Positions 30,027-38,788 of a DNA stretch of 64,000 nucleotides are shown one piece after another (the first letter of the stretch is position 1; each line of letters starts with the position of its first letter). Where the stretch lies: the IMG/VR virus record IMGVR_UViG_3300022744_000022, positions 62,001-126,000 of that record; one strand, written 5' to 3'. Position numbers and translations under genes: made by a program. Below the pieces are notes generated by a model that saw only the letters and a program-made list of their open reading frames with translations, was not told where the DNA came from and did not search any database.

Positions 30027-30295
30027 TCGAGATTCCCGCAGAGCTTGGTGACGACTCCGAGGACTTCTCTGATGAAGAAGTTGCTCTCGCGGTGGCGTTG
30101 CCCTCTGTGGATCGCGTGATTGCTCATCTGCGTGACCTTCGTTGTCCGCAGTGCGAGCAAGGCATGGCTGCGATTGAGCATGCGTTACGTCGGCGAGTTC
30201 CTTCACTGTACTGGCGAATGCGTGTGCAGTGTGCGGCCCATCACGATCCCGTGCTGGTGATCATTCGTGCCGATTGGCTGCACGAATCCTCTTGA
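30023..30295 (+). CDS. small Zn-ribbon protein
   Basis: CPQC...CAAH; ATGA overlap. Confidence 0.55.
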   Translation: MIEIPAELGDDSEDFSDEEVALAVALPSVDRVIAHLRDLRCPQCEQGMAAIEHALRRRVPSLYWRMRVQCAAHHDPVLVIIRADWLHESS

Positions 30296-30321
30296 GCTTC
30301 CGCTACAGGTGAGGTGTCCCG

Positions 30322-30714
30322 ATGTCTTGCGGTTGCCAAAGTTCTCCGTGTTCATGCGCTGGTGAGTGTCCGACGCCGCCAACCACGAAGTGTGATCGCT
30401 ACGTCCCGGGCTCGAAGAACGTCTGGGTGGAACGTGGCAACAGCCCGAACGATGTGAACGCCCCAGGGGTCTGCATGCTCGATACGATGACCGAGGAACA
30501 AGTCATCTACAGCCTTGAGCGAGATGAGCAGGCTCGTGCGGATCTGCTGCAAATCACGTCTGATCCGCATCTGCTGGAGTTGGCCAAGACGATCCCACGC
30601 TTGCCCACCGTGGAACAGACCGACGTGGAGCAGGCGGAACTCAACCAGCCGAACAACTCGGGCTCGATCCCCTTCTACTCCATCTTCCGGGGTCAGCCTC
30701 CGTTCGCTCAATGA
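30322..30714 (+). CDS. hypothetical protein, Cys-rich N-terminus
   Basis: GAGGTG SD; MSCGCQSSPCSC. Confidence 0.65.
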   Translation: MSCGCQSSPCSCAGECPTPPTTKCDRYVPGSKNVWVERGNSPNDVNAPGVCMLDTMTEEQVIYSLERDEQARADLLQITSDPHLLELAKTIPRLPTVEQTDVEQAELNQPNNSGSIPFYSIFRGQPPFAQ

Positions 30715-30742
30715 TTGATTGCGCACTGAGGTGCGACGCTCC

Positions 30743-31138
30743 ATGAACCGTCACGCACGTCGAAGCCAAGCAGCACAAGCTCCGAAACTACCGGCGGCTG
30801 TGGACGTGTCGAAAGCTCTGTCAACGATCCAGTCGTTGCAAGAGCTTTCGTCCGTTGTGGAGAGGCTCAACCTGTTTCTCTCTGAGGCCGACAAACTCGA
30901 AGTGCGGCTTGCAGACGCGCAGTCGGCAGTACAGGCGGCTCAAACCGAAAACACGCTGCTTCGTGGCGCATTGGAAACACAGCGCCAAACGTTCTTGCGT
31001 ATGTTCGCTCAGGGCATGGGTATCTCTCTGGAGGATGTTCTTTCGATGGAACAGGCCATACAGGGACAGCTCGCCGATGCCAATACGTCTTCTGAATCAG
31101 TCGAACCCGTCATCCGCGAAACGGATCCAGGCACCTGA
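30743..31138 (+). CDS. coiled-coil hypothetical protein
   Basis: GAGG SD; heptad pattern. Confidence 0.6.
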   Translation: MNRHARRSQAAQAPKLPAAVDVSKALSTIQSLQELSSVVERLNLFLSEADKLEVRLADAQSAVQAAQTENTLLRGALETQRQTFLRMFAQGMGISLEDVLSMEQAIQGQLADANTSSESVEPVIRETDPGT

Positions 31139-31322
31139 TCGCCGCGAGGACTGGAAACAGCTCCTCGTCAAGGCAATCCAGCGGGCCGAAGCCACCGGGG
31201 ACCGGAGACTCGAAGGGTTGAAACGCGCCCTTGTGGATGGTCAAGCCGAACGACATCTGCGCCGTTTGGGGATCATTCATGACGTGGACTTGAGTCGTGA
31301 ATTCCCCGTCTTGACTCCATAA
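31077..31322 (+). CDS. hypothetical protein
   Basis: MPIRLLNQ... 81 aa; start inferred. Confidence 0.5.
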   Translation: MPIRLLNQSNPSSAKRIQAPDRREDWKQLLVKAIQRAEATGDRRLEGLKRALVDGQAERHLRRLGIIHDVDLSREFPVLTP

Positions 31323-31348
31323 CGTAATGTTTTCGATAGTTTACGCTA

Positions 31349-31553
31349 ACCTGATCTGACCCTACGCCAGTGGTCAAAGTGATCAGGTCCGTAAAAATCG
31401 ACATTAGGTCAGGGGTCTTGTGTTGATTTTGACCTAATGTCGGTTGCAGCCCCTAACCTAAAGAGTTAGGTTGGGCTCGTTAGTCAAAGAAACGGCCCGG
31501 AGGTGACTACCGGCCTTTGAGGCACTCGCCTCAAAACATCGGATGTTGAGGAG
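31349..31553 (+). ncRNA. candidate structured 5' leader RNA
   Basis: Consecutive stem-loops including a perfect 13-bp stem 31399-31411/31430-31442, and competing pairings over the SD. Confidence 0.5.
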
Positions 31554-31559
31554 AAAACT

Positions 31560-32378
31560 ATGCAAATCGAATTGAACAAGCTTCGTACGGCTGTGACGGC
31601 CAACCTGAGCAAGACCCAGAAGGCCAAGCAGGCTGCTGAGGCTGCCTTCCTGAAGGCCAAGGCGGCGTACGATGCTGCTCACGCTGAGCATGCCAAGGCG
31701 ACGGAGGACCACGCGAAGATCGCGCAGCTTTTCCCCGTCGAGACCGCTGCGAAGGTCAAGAGCAAGCCGGGTCCCAAGGCCAAGGTGAAGGCGGCTGCTG
31801 TGGCGGCGGCCCCCAAGGGCAAGCCGGGTCCCAAGGCGAAGGCGAAGCCGGGTCCCAAGGCGAAGGCGGCCCCCAAGGCAGTGGCAGCCCCGAAGGCGAA
31901 GGCGGCCCCCAAGGCAAAGACGGGCCCGAAGAAGACCCGCAAGAAGGCCGACGGCAGCATGACCATGGTCGAGCGCCTCGTGGCCGTGATCGGCAACAAG
32001 ATCCTGACCGCTGGTGAGATGGCTCAAGGCCTCATCGCCGCCGGTAACCCCCCGACCAGCAAGAACCTGCCCGCGTACATCAGCTCGGTGCTGTCGAGCA
32101 CGGTGGACGAACAGGGCAACAAGGTCTTCGAGGCCGTGGAGCGCGGTAAGTATTGCGTGGCTGCCAACCGCAAGACCGCAACGGCAACGACCAAGACGGC
32201 AGCGGCCCCGAAGGCTGCTCCGAAGGCCGCTGCTCCGAAGGCCGTGGCGGCTGCTGTCGCTGCCCCGACCCCAGCTCCGGAGGCCGCATCCGACGGCCAG
32301 AGCCCGGCGGACAAGCTCTTGGCGGATATGGGCCTGGGCGATCAGTTCGGCGGTTCCGCTGCGGCTCCGCTGTCCTGA
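31560..32378 (+). CDS. histone H1-like Lys/Ala/Pro-rich protein with winged-helix domain
   Basis: KPGPKAK and AAPKA repeats; VERLVAVI...YISSVLSS...FEAVERGKY wHTH-like segment; strong codon bias; GAGGAG SD. Confidence 0.75.
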   Translation: MQIELNKLRTAVTANLSKTQKAKQAAEAAFLKAKAAYDAAHAEHAKATEDHAKIAQLFPVETAAKVKSKPGPKAKVKAAAVAAAPKGKPGPKAKAKPGPKAKAAPKAVAAPKAKAAPKAKTGPKKTRKKADGSMTMVERLVAVIGNKILTAGEMAQGLIAAGNPPTSKNLPAYISSVLSSTVDEQGNKVFEAVERGKYCVAANRKTATATTKTAAAPKAAPKAAAPKAVAAAVAAPTPAPEAASDGQSPADKLLADMGLGDQFGGSAAAPLS

Positions 32379-32424
32379 AGAAAAGCTTGCACCTAGCAAG
32401 CTAGACAGTCTACATACGCTGCCC

Positions 32425-32490
32425 GGCGACGGCAGAACGCGGAAACGGACCCTCCTGAAATCCTTTCGCGTTCTGCCGCTCGCCTTTAAA
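32425..32490 (+). terminator. long stem-loop downstream of the histone-like gene
   Basis: CGGCAGAACGCG 32430-32441 pairs with CGCGTTCTGCCG 32467-32478, extended by GGCGA/TCGCC, followed by TTTAAA. Confidence 0.5.
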
Positions 32491-32544
32491 CTGCTCGGGA
32501 CTGCCGATAAAGACCCTACGAGCCGCCTGGTGTAGAGCCAAGCA

Positions 32545-33054
32545 ATGGACGTAGGCGACTTACTTGAGGGTCAGGGCAAGTTCTGGTTGGTGCGCAAGGT
32601 CGAACCGGCTTTGCGCACGGCCTTTGTTGAAGATCAGGCTACCCACGTCCAGCAGTTGAGTTTTGATACCTTGGAGGGGTTCACGCGACTGTGTAACCCA
32701 ACGCTGGATTGGCCTACCGCAACATTGCCCCAGGTGCGGCACGGGCGTCTGGTGACTGTCATCCGAGCCGATCTGGCCGACCCTCAACTTCTAGCCCGCT
32801 TCAAGGATTGGGTCCGGATGGACGAGTTTCAGATTGGGGGCGCGTTGTACCTGAATCCAGAGTTGCGGCTAGGGTTCCGTGACCGCCTCTTGGTGACTTA
32901 CCAGGATGGTACTTGTGCCTCCGTCGATATCCCGAGGGATTTCCACCCCCTCAAGGAAAAAGCGGCCCGCTTGACCCCCACTGCCCCGGTTGCCCCGAAA
33001 CCGCCTCCAGTATCGTTGCTTGATCGGTTGCTGGACGAAGGGGATGACGAATGA
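32545..33054 (+). CDS. hypothetical protein
   Basis: GGTGTA at 32529, 10 nt before ATG. Confidence 0.65.
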   Translation: MDVGDLLEGQGKFWLVRKVEPALRTAFVEDQATHVQQLSFDTLEGFTRLCNPTLDWPTATLPQVRHGRLVTVIRADLADPQLLARFKDWVRMDEFQIGGALYLNPELRLGFRDRLLVTYQDGTCASVDIPRDFHPLKEKAARLTPTAPVAPKPPPVSLLDRLLDEGDDE

Positions 33055-33662
33055 AGCGACAACTCCCCATCATGGTTGAGCGAGCGGTCGCTGAGGTGAA
33101 AGCGCTCCAAACCGAAGTCGGGGCCGACTTCGAGGGCCGCGTCAGGCAGGAACGTGCTGTCTCTTGCAAAATCGGCTGCTCGAACTGCTGTCATCACCCG
33201 TTCCTGATCACACTCCCCGAAGGGCTGTTGTTATACCGCTGGCTTGCAGCCCACGGGCGTTGGACCCCTTCTCTACGTAAGAGGGTTGAGCAGACCCGCG
33301 ACAAGACCTTGGGGCTGGCGTTTCGGGTCTGGTTGTTGAGCAACATCCCGTGCCCTCTCTTGGAGGATCGTAAGTGCGTGGCGTACGATGCTCGACCTCT
33401 GCATTGCAGGGCGACCTTCTCAAGGGGTGCTCCCGAGATGTGCCACCCGCATGAACTCGGATCCGGAACGGGCCTTGTGCCCAACACAGAGGTCATCGTG
33501 GGGTACAACAGCCAAGTGCGGGCGCTGTTCAAACGCATCGGCATCCCAGGCGCTCTCATGCCCCTTGCTGAGGCCGTCTTGTTGGGGGAGGCCATCGATT
33601 CCGGTCAAATCGAAATCGAGGACTCTGCGCTCCAGCATGCGAAGGATCTGTTCAGTGCCTAA
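33051..33662 (+). CDS. YkgJ-family Zn/Fe cysteine-cluster protein
   Basis: CKIGCSNCC, CPLL, CVAYDARPLHCR. Confidence 0.8.
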   Translation: MKRQLPIMVERAVAEVKALQTEVGADFEGRVRQERAVSCKIGCSNCCHHPFLITLPEGLLLYRWLAAHGRWTPSLRKRVEQTRDKTLGLAFRVWLLSNIPCPLLEDRKCVAYDARPLHCRATFSRGAPEMCHPHELGSGTGLVPNTEVIVGYNSQVRALFKRIGIPGALMPLAEAVLLGEAIDSGQIEIEDSALQHAKDLFSA

Positions 33663-33945
33663 CACATGTTGCATCTGCGAGAACGCCTTTGTGGGTGGCA
33701 AGTCCTTCACGCTGACTCCCGAGGAATTGGCGGTAGCGGGTCCCGACGCCCCTCAAGAAGTCCACTATTGCAAGCACTGCATCAAGGTGATGGAGGACCG
33801 CGAGTCTGGGGCTCAGTTGCTCAAGGGGCTCTACGAGATGCAGTTGACGGCCCGTGGTGTACCTAACGCCAGAGCGATCTCAGAACGCTTTCACGCTCAA
33901 CTGCTCGCCAAGGCGAAACAGGGCACGGTAAGGAAGATGCACTGA
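33655..33945 (+). CDS. small Zn-finger protein
   Basis: CCIC...YCKHC; GTG start inferred. Confidence 0.55.
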   Translation: MPNTCCICENAFVGGKSFTLTPEELAVAGPDAPQEVHYCKHCIKVMEDRESGAQLLKGLYEMQLTARGVPNARAISERFHAQLLAKAKQGTVRKMH

Positions 33946-34629
33946 ATGGAAACGACCGTTGAACACCACTTGAAGACCTTTCGTGAGCTACACGGCGAAG
34001 AAGCGTGGCGCAGTGAAGTGCAGCGCCTAGCCTTGGCGGGGATCTGTACCAGCCCCAAGCACGAAGCTTTTTGGCAAGAGTTCACCAAGGACTTCGAGTG
34101 GCTCGATTGGGCGGCCTTGAAGCAACAGGCGGTGGGGCAGGCTTCTCCCAGGAGTCCCGGCTCCGGTCCTATGCGCCCCGATCAGATGATGGCGGAGATG
34201 CTCCGCAAACAAATGCCGGGGATCAAGACGCAAGCCCAGTACGATGCGGTGGTGGGCTCTCTCGACGCCGTACGGCTCGTGGTCAATGCCATCCTGGAGG
34301 GCGGGGGCACCAAAGAGGCAGAGGCTCGCCGGGCTCTTGAGATGACCTTCACGGTGCTGGCGAAAGCCACCGAGGTCACCGACAAGCTCCAGGACAGCCC
34401 CGAGGCCGCCTCAAGCCCCGAGGCTGAGAAGTTCAAGACCCCGCCCGCACAGTTTCACGAGCATGACGTGCATGCCAAGCTCATGGGTGAGCTTGCAACG
34501 CTAGGAACGCTGGACGCCTTGAACACTTGGTACGCACAGACCAAGCCTGAACGTGATCGTGTGGTGACCCAGAGTCTCCGGAACTCCCTCTTGGACTCGA
34601 TCCGGGCGAAGCGGAACGGTCTGGTGTGA
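33946..34629 (+). CDS. hypothetical protein
   Basis: 227-aa helical ORF abutting its neighbours. Confidence 0.65.
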   Translation: METTVEHHLKTFRELHGEEAWRSEVQRLALAGICTSPKHEAFWQEFTKDFEWLDWAALKQQAVGQASPRSPGSGPMRPDQMMAEMLRKQMPGIKTQAQYDAVVGSLDAVRLVVNAILEGGGTKEAEARRALEMTFTVLAKATEVTDKLQDSPEAASSPEAEKFKTPPAQFHEHDVHAKLMGELATLGTLDALNTWYAQTKPERDRVVTQSLRNSLLDSIRAKRNGLV

Positions 34630-34997
34630 AGGTTCTGGTTTTCGGATCCCGTGAGTGGGTCTGGGATGGCATCATCTTCCGCGTGCTTTCCCGGCTCCCC
34701 AAAGACACCATCTTGGTGAACGGGTACGCCCCTGGGGCGGACAAGATCGCCGACACCATCGGTCGCCAGCTCGGATTCGAGGTCAGGCCCTACCCGGCTG
34801 ACTGGACCAAGTTGGGACCAGCAGCGGGCCCGATCCGAAACGCAGAAATGCTCGCCAAAGAGCACCCGGACCCGCAGGGCATTCGGATCGACAAGGGGTT
34901 CGGTTTCTCAACGGGGCGGCAGAACAAGGGCACCCACGACATGGCCGAGAAGCTGTGGGGTGCCCGGATCAGGTTTGAGATCATCTTTCCGCCATGA
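34626..34997 (+). CDS. YspA-like SLOG family protein (DUF2493)
   Basis: KVLVFGSR, GYAPGAD, AAGPIRNAEM, KGTHDM. Confidence 0.85.
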   Translation: MKVLVFGSREWVWDGIIFRVLSRLPKDTILVNGYAPGADKIADTIGRQLGFEVRPYPADWTKLGPAAGPIRNAEMLAKEHPDPQGIRIDKGFGFSTGRQNKGTHDMAEKLWGARIRFEIIFPP

Positions 34998-35191
34998 GTC
35001 TGAAAATGAACACACGTGATCAAGTCTTCGAGAGCCTCGACAACGCTGTGGCGAACGGTTACGCCATGTCTCAGATGACGGCGGAGCAGATCGTCCTCGA
35101 CCTCTGCACGTACGACGCTGACCTGGAGAAGTTAGAGCCCGAGGTCTTGGTGCCGCACGTCAAAGAATGGTTGGGTCAAGCAGCACTCTAA
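34994..35191 (+). CDS. hypothetical protein
   Basis: 65-aa ORF, ATGA overlap. Confidence 0.55.
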   Translation: MSLKMNTRDQVFESLDNAVANGYAMSQMTAEQIVLDLCTYDADLEKLEPEVLVPHVKEWLGQAAL

Positions 35192-35201
35192 CGACACCGA
35201 C

Positions 35202-35486
35202 TCAGGGCCGTCGGTACGTGGGTGGATTTTCTCGTAGGAAGCGGTCTACGATCCGCTGACTCATTCGGTCCGCGATGGTCTGCTCGATGTGCCGCTGCCG
35301 GGCCTTTTCGCTCGTGAAGGCGAGATGCCACAGGGGTTTGTCCCCCTTCTTGGCGAACACGATGGCGTAAGGTCGGCCCCCGGCCTCGTACTCCCAGACC
35401 AGCAGGTCAGAGCCCTTGGGCGTGTAGGGCTTCATGCCCCGCGTCTTGGGCGGCAGGTAACTCCGGTCGAGGCTCAGCACGTTCAC
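35202..35486 (-). CDS. hypothetical protein with C-terminal RIVDRF tag
   Basis: Lone minus-strand ORF; ...MSQRIVDRFLREN. Confidence 0.6.
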   Translation of the reverse strand: MNVLSLDRSYLPPKTRGMKPYTPKGSDLLVWEYEAGGRPYAIVFAKKGDKPLWHLAFTSEKARQRHIEQTIADRMSQRIVDRFLRENPPTYRRP

Positions 35487-35532
35487 ATCCTACCGTGGTA
35501 CAAATAGTCTCGCCGATGGTGTACTAAGGTAG

Positions 35533-35784
35533 ATGGTCGAGCCTTTACGCCGAGGGAATCTTCCGCACGGTCGTGTTCACTTGCAAAAAGAGTCCCTGGC
35601 TCCTGTCACCGCGTGCGGTAAGCCTCACCAAGGGACTGGGCTTGTGGTGGTCACACGGTTAGACCTCGTGACCTGTGGCCGGTGTCGTCAAACCTTGGAC
35701 TTCACCAAAAGCTCGCGCACTAACTCAATGCAAGTGGGCTTCGAGACGGCATACGGGATTCAACGTCCCATTGAGTCAGAATGA
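35533..35784 (+). CDS. small Cys/His protein
   Basis: VH...TACG...VTCGRC; GGTGTA at 35518. Confidence 0.55.
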   Translation: MVEPLRRGNLPHGRVHLQKESLAPVTACGKPHQGTGLVVVTRLDLVTCGRCRQTLDFTKSSRTNSMQVGFETAYGIQRPIESE

Positions 35785-36296
35785 TCCAGTACCTCAAAGG
35801 CGATGCCACCCTCCCCCAAGGCGCAGGCCCTAAGCTGATCGTCCATGTTTGCAACTCGTTGGGTGGTTGGGGTCGCGGGTTCGTCCTCGCGATCTCGAAC
35901 CGTTGGCCATACCCCGAGCGGGAGTACCGGCGTTGGCACCGAGAAGGCCACGACTTGTTGGCTGGGAAGTTCCAGCTCGGGGCCATTCAGGTTGTCCCAG
36001 TGCAGGGTGATCCGCCGCTCTCTGTGGTCAACATGATCGCCCAAGAGGGCTACGGGAAGGGCAACCTGAATCGGCACCGCACCAGTGAGCCGGACTCCCG
36101 ACCCCCGATCAGGTATGACGCTTTGGAGCAGTGCTTGACTGAGGTCGGGTACCTGGTCAAGAGTGGTCCGGCCCAGGGGGCGAGCATTCACATGCCCCGG
36201 ATCGCAACGGGCCTTGCGGGTGGGACCTGGGGTGAAGTCGAGCCCATCATTGAGCGAACCCTGAGTCACGCTCAGGTGACCGTGTACGATTTATGA
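35781..36296 (+). CDS. macrodomain protein (Poa1p/TARG1-like ADP-ribose processing)
   Basis: YLKGDAT, IVHVCNSLGGWGRGFVLAI, HMPRIATGLAGGTW. Confidence 0.85.
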   Translation: MIQYLKGDATLPQGAGPKLIVHVCNSLGGWGRGFVLAISNRWPYPEREYRRWHREGHDLLAGKFQLGAIQVVPVQGDPPLSVVNMIAQEGYGKGNLNRHRTSEPDSRPPIRYDALEQCLTEVGYLVKSGPAQGASIHMPRIATGLAGGTWGEVEPIIERTLSHAQVTVYDL

Positions 36297-36835
36297 GTGC
36301 CCCGCACAACAAGCAACGGTACGGTGAGACTTGGGATCAGCAGCACATCAATCTGTGCCGTGGGATCCTGGAGGCTATACGCACTCAAGTTGTACTCTCC
36401 GGCGGTTGGGCATGGCATTTCATGTCGCCCAAGGGCCACGTGGAGTTGAAGCACGCTCACGACCACAAGGACATTGACCTCTTCGTGCCCCCGCAGGAGG
36501 TACCAGAAGTGGTGGCGTTTTTGAAGCGCGCAGGGTTCGAGCGAACGTGGACTAAGTATGATCGGCTGGAGAGCAAAGAAGACTTCCGACGCTATGAGAA
36601 GACCAGCCAACTCCCGGGGCTAAAGACCCGTCGAGTCACCATCGACTTCTTTGTCCGAGCTGTGCCCGAGCGGTTGGTGCAGGGGTTCCGCGTTGTGGAG
36701 CCCGCAACCTTACTCACGTTCTACTCGAACATTCACACGAGCGACAAGTGCTTCGCGGTGAAGGCTGCTTCACGTTTACTGGCCCAGGGTATTGACCCTG
36801 AGGGGCATCCTGATCTCGTGGCGATCCCCGCCTAA
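36293..36835 (+). CDS. nucleotidyltransferase-fold protein
   Basis: VLSGGWAWH, HDHKDIDLFV, TIDFF. Confidence 0.7.
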   Translation: MSAPHNKQRYGETWDQQHINLCRGILEAIRTQVVLSGGWAWHFMSPKGHVELKHAHDHKDIDLFVPPQEVPEVVAFLKRAGFERTWTKYDRLESKEDFRRYEKTSQLPGLKTRRVTIDFFVRAVPERLVQGFRVVEPATLLTFYSNIHTSDKCFAVKAASRLLAQGIDPEGHPDLVAIPA

Positions 36836-36866
36836 ACAGGGCCGGGAGAATCCCGGCCCTGTTTAG
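36832..36866. terminator. bidirectional terminator-like hairpin
   Basis: Perfect 16-bp inverted repeat CTAAACAGGGCCGGGA-GAA-TCCCGGCCCTGTTTAG between convergent genes. Confidence 0.75.
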
Positions 36867-36876
36867 CACAACACTC

Positions 36877-37629
36877 TTACTCAGCGGCGACCGCCATTTG
36901 AGCAGTACCCAACGGAGAGGGGTTGGCCAACTGCTCAGTGGGCAATCGCATGAAGTCGTAGTCCTTAGCGGAAGGCACAAGCGTCCCTACGATCTTGCGA
37001 ATGTGCGCCATGGTCAGATCTGCTTGATCAAAGGACAACTGGACGGTCACCGTTTGTTGTGGACCGACGGCAATCACCAGGGTGTTGGGCTTGGGCATGT
37101 CATCCTCTGCTTGGGTTTCTGAGTTAGACGGCTCTGCGTTCAACTCATTGGGGACCACCGGAGTGCCCTCTGAGACGGCCACCGAATTCGCTGTGGTGAC
37201 AGCCGGGGCCGCTGTACGGGTCGTTCGCAGCGAGTCAGCTTGGTACTTTGCCCACCTCTTGGTCGGAACGAAGGTCGTAATGTTCACACAGCGATCCGTG
37301 TAGTCCGCCGCCAGATCCCTGACCTTCTTGGCATAGTTGTCAGCGGATCGAGCGTCGCCGTGTTCTTTGTTGATCCACCGCTTCTGGAATTCCTCCACGA
37401 GGGCTCCGATCCCCTGGACCGAGATATCCTCGCCTTCTTGAGCGACACGCACTAGAGAACGGACGGCTGTAACGACCTGCTTGGCACGCTTCTGCGTTAA
37501 GTTGCCAGCGTCAGCCTCGCGTAAGATCCAACGACACGCCGCCCAGATAGGGTCCGTCACCTGATAGGTGATCGGGGTGTTCGCAACAAGATCCTTGGCA
37601 GTTGGTGGAGTTTCGAGTATAGTGGTCAT
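36877..37629 (-). CDS. hypothetical protein (possible DNA-binding), atypical composition
   Basis: AAGGAGG SD; lower GC; long structured upstream region. Confidence 0.7.
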   Translation of the reverse strand: MTTILETPPTAKDLVANTPITYQVTDPIWAACRWILREADAGNLTQKRAKQVVTAVRSLVRVAQEGEDISVQGIGALVEEFQKRWINKEHGDARSADNYAKKVRDLAADYTDRCVNITTFVPTKRWAKYQADSLRTTRTAAPAVTTANSVAVSEGTPVVPNELNAEPSNSETQAEDDMPKPNTLVIAVGPQQTVTVQLSFDQADLTMAHIRKIVGTLVPSAKDYDFMRLPTEQLANPSPLGTAQMAVAAE

Positions 37630-37686
37630 AGTTGCCCCTCCTTAAGGGGTAGCTGAGCGCCCGAGGTTTCGAGTCGAGGACGCTTT

Positions 37687-37722
37687 GAAAGAGGGGCTGG
37701 CTTGATCGCCAGCCCCTCTTTC
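37687..37722. terminator. 15-bp hairpin in the leader of the 36877-37629 gene
   Basis: GAAAGAGGGGCTGGC-TTGATC-GCCAGCCCCTCTTTC. Confidence 0.6.
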
Positions 37723-37766
37723 GCTTTTCTAGCTACGTAGATCCGGCACCGCAACCAAATAAAGGA

Positions 37767-37802
37767 TCGTGGCTATCGAATTCTGATTTCGTGGCTGTCG
37801 AA
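37767..37802. repeat. 14-bp direct repeat pair, 22-bp period
   Basis: TCGTGGCTATCGAA (37767) and TCGTGGCTGTCGAA (37789). Confidence 0.65.
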
Positions 37803-38033
37803 CTGCGCGGCGGATACTTCGCTTATACTGGATCTAGCCTGGAAACTCTTTTAGAACCAAGGACTTAGGCATCACTGGTGGGGCCAGCCGCACGATAAGG
37901 GCACTCGGATGCTCTCCCGGTGCGAAGGGTTGCGCGATAGGGCGCACTTACCTCGACGGTCCACAGGGCTTCACGATGCATCATGAAGTTTCCAATGCCA
38001 TTCGGCGTTCGTTCGCTGGTGTAGGCGTGCAGA

Positions 38034-38222
38034 ATGCCGTCTGACCTTGACTGTCCCCGCTGCCATCACCCGATGACCCAGCACTACGTGGGTGAGGGGT
38101 GAGGTGACAAGTGCTGGGAGCGTGATCACCCGCATGACAGCGGGCGCTGCGGGTGTCGGTACAAGCCCCCTGAAAAACCGAGTCCCGTGAGGGACCTGTG
38201 GGATCACCTGCTCAAAGACTAA
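38034..38222 (+). pseudogene. Cys/His Zn-binding mini-gene with internal in-frame TGA
   Basis: GGTGTA 10 nt upstream; MPSDLDCPRCHHPMTQHYVGEG*GDKCWE...RCGCRY...LWDHLLKD; TGA at 38100-38102. Confidence 0.55.
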
Positions 38223-38250
38223 CTGTTTTGTGCGGCCCGTAAGTAAACCC

Positions 38251-38763
38251 ATGTACGCCTACCGCCGGACAGCAGCAACGCGACCCTCGCAACCGGAGTT
38301 GACCGCGTTGCTTGAGAAAGCCGTCGATGTTCACTCTCAGTTACAGAGGTGGATCGATCGTTTTCCCGCCATCCTGAAAGAGGCGCGGAAAGAAGCCCAA
38401 GACCTCCCTGAGGGTCTTGTGTGGCAGGACCGTTTTGTCCCGTACTGGAGCGAACTAGACGCCTGGGAAAAAGAGCTGTCGGAACTCTCGTACCAGGCTG
38501 AGGGTCTAGAGTACCCCAAGGGTTCCGCCAACGTGGCGTTACGCCGGACGATTGAGAACACCCTTAGCAAGCACTCTACCCCCGATAAGGCCAGGCTTAC
38601 GTATGCCATCGATAGGGTGCATTTCGAGTTCTCCACGAAGCTGAACCGAAAAGACCACATTGCCTACGAGATCTCTCGCTTGGAGACATGGGCCAGGGCC
38701 TTTGAAGCGTGGACCCACGAAGCCAAACGCACTCTCCTGGCCTCAATCAAGTTCACTCGTTAG
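38251..38763 (+). CDS. hypothetical protein with N-terminal YRRTA motif
   Basis: MYAYRRTAA... Confidence 0.6.
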   Translation: MYAYRRTAATRPSQPELTALLEKAVDVHSQLQRWIDRFPAILKEARKEAQDLPEGLVWQDRFVPYWSELDAWEKELSELSYQAEGLEYPKGSANVALRRTIENTLSKHSTPDKARLTYAIDRVHFEFSTKLNRKDHIAYEISRLETWARAFEAWTHEAKRTLLASIKFTR

Positions 38764-38788
38764 CTCCGAGTTGGTGTAGCCGCCTTTC

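Noticed and set aside
32167-32205. KTA motifs in the histone-like protein as processing sites
   Set aside because: Explained by its extreme Lys/Ala/Thr composition.
22553-38250. Possible third upstream motif TTTGT...GTA(A/G)G before 22572, 25577, 35486 and 38251
   Set aside because: Spacing varies (13-19 nt) and similarity is weak; cannot be separated from chance by eye.
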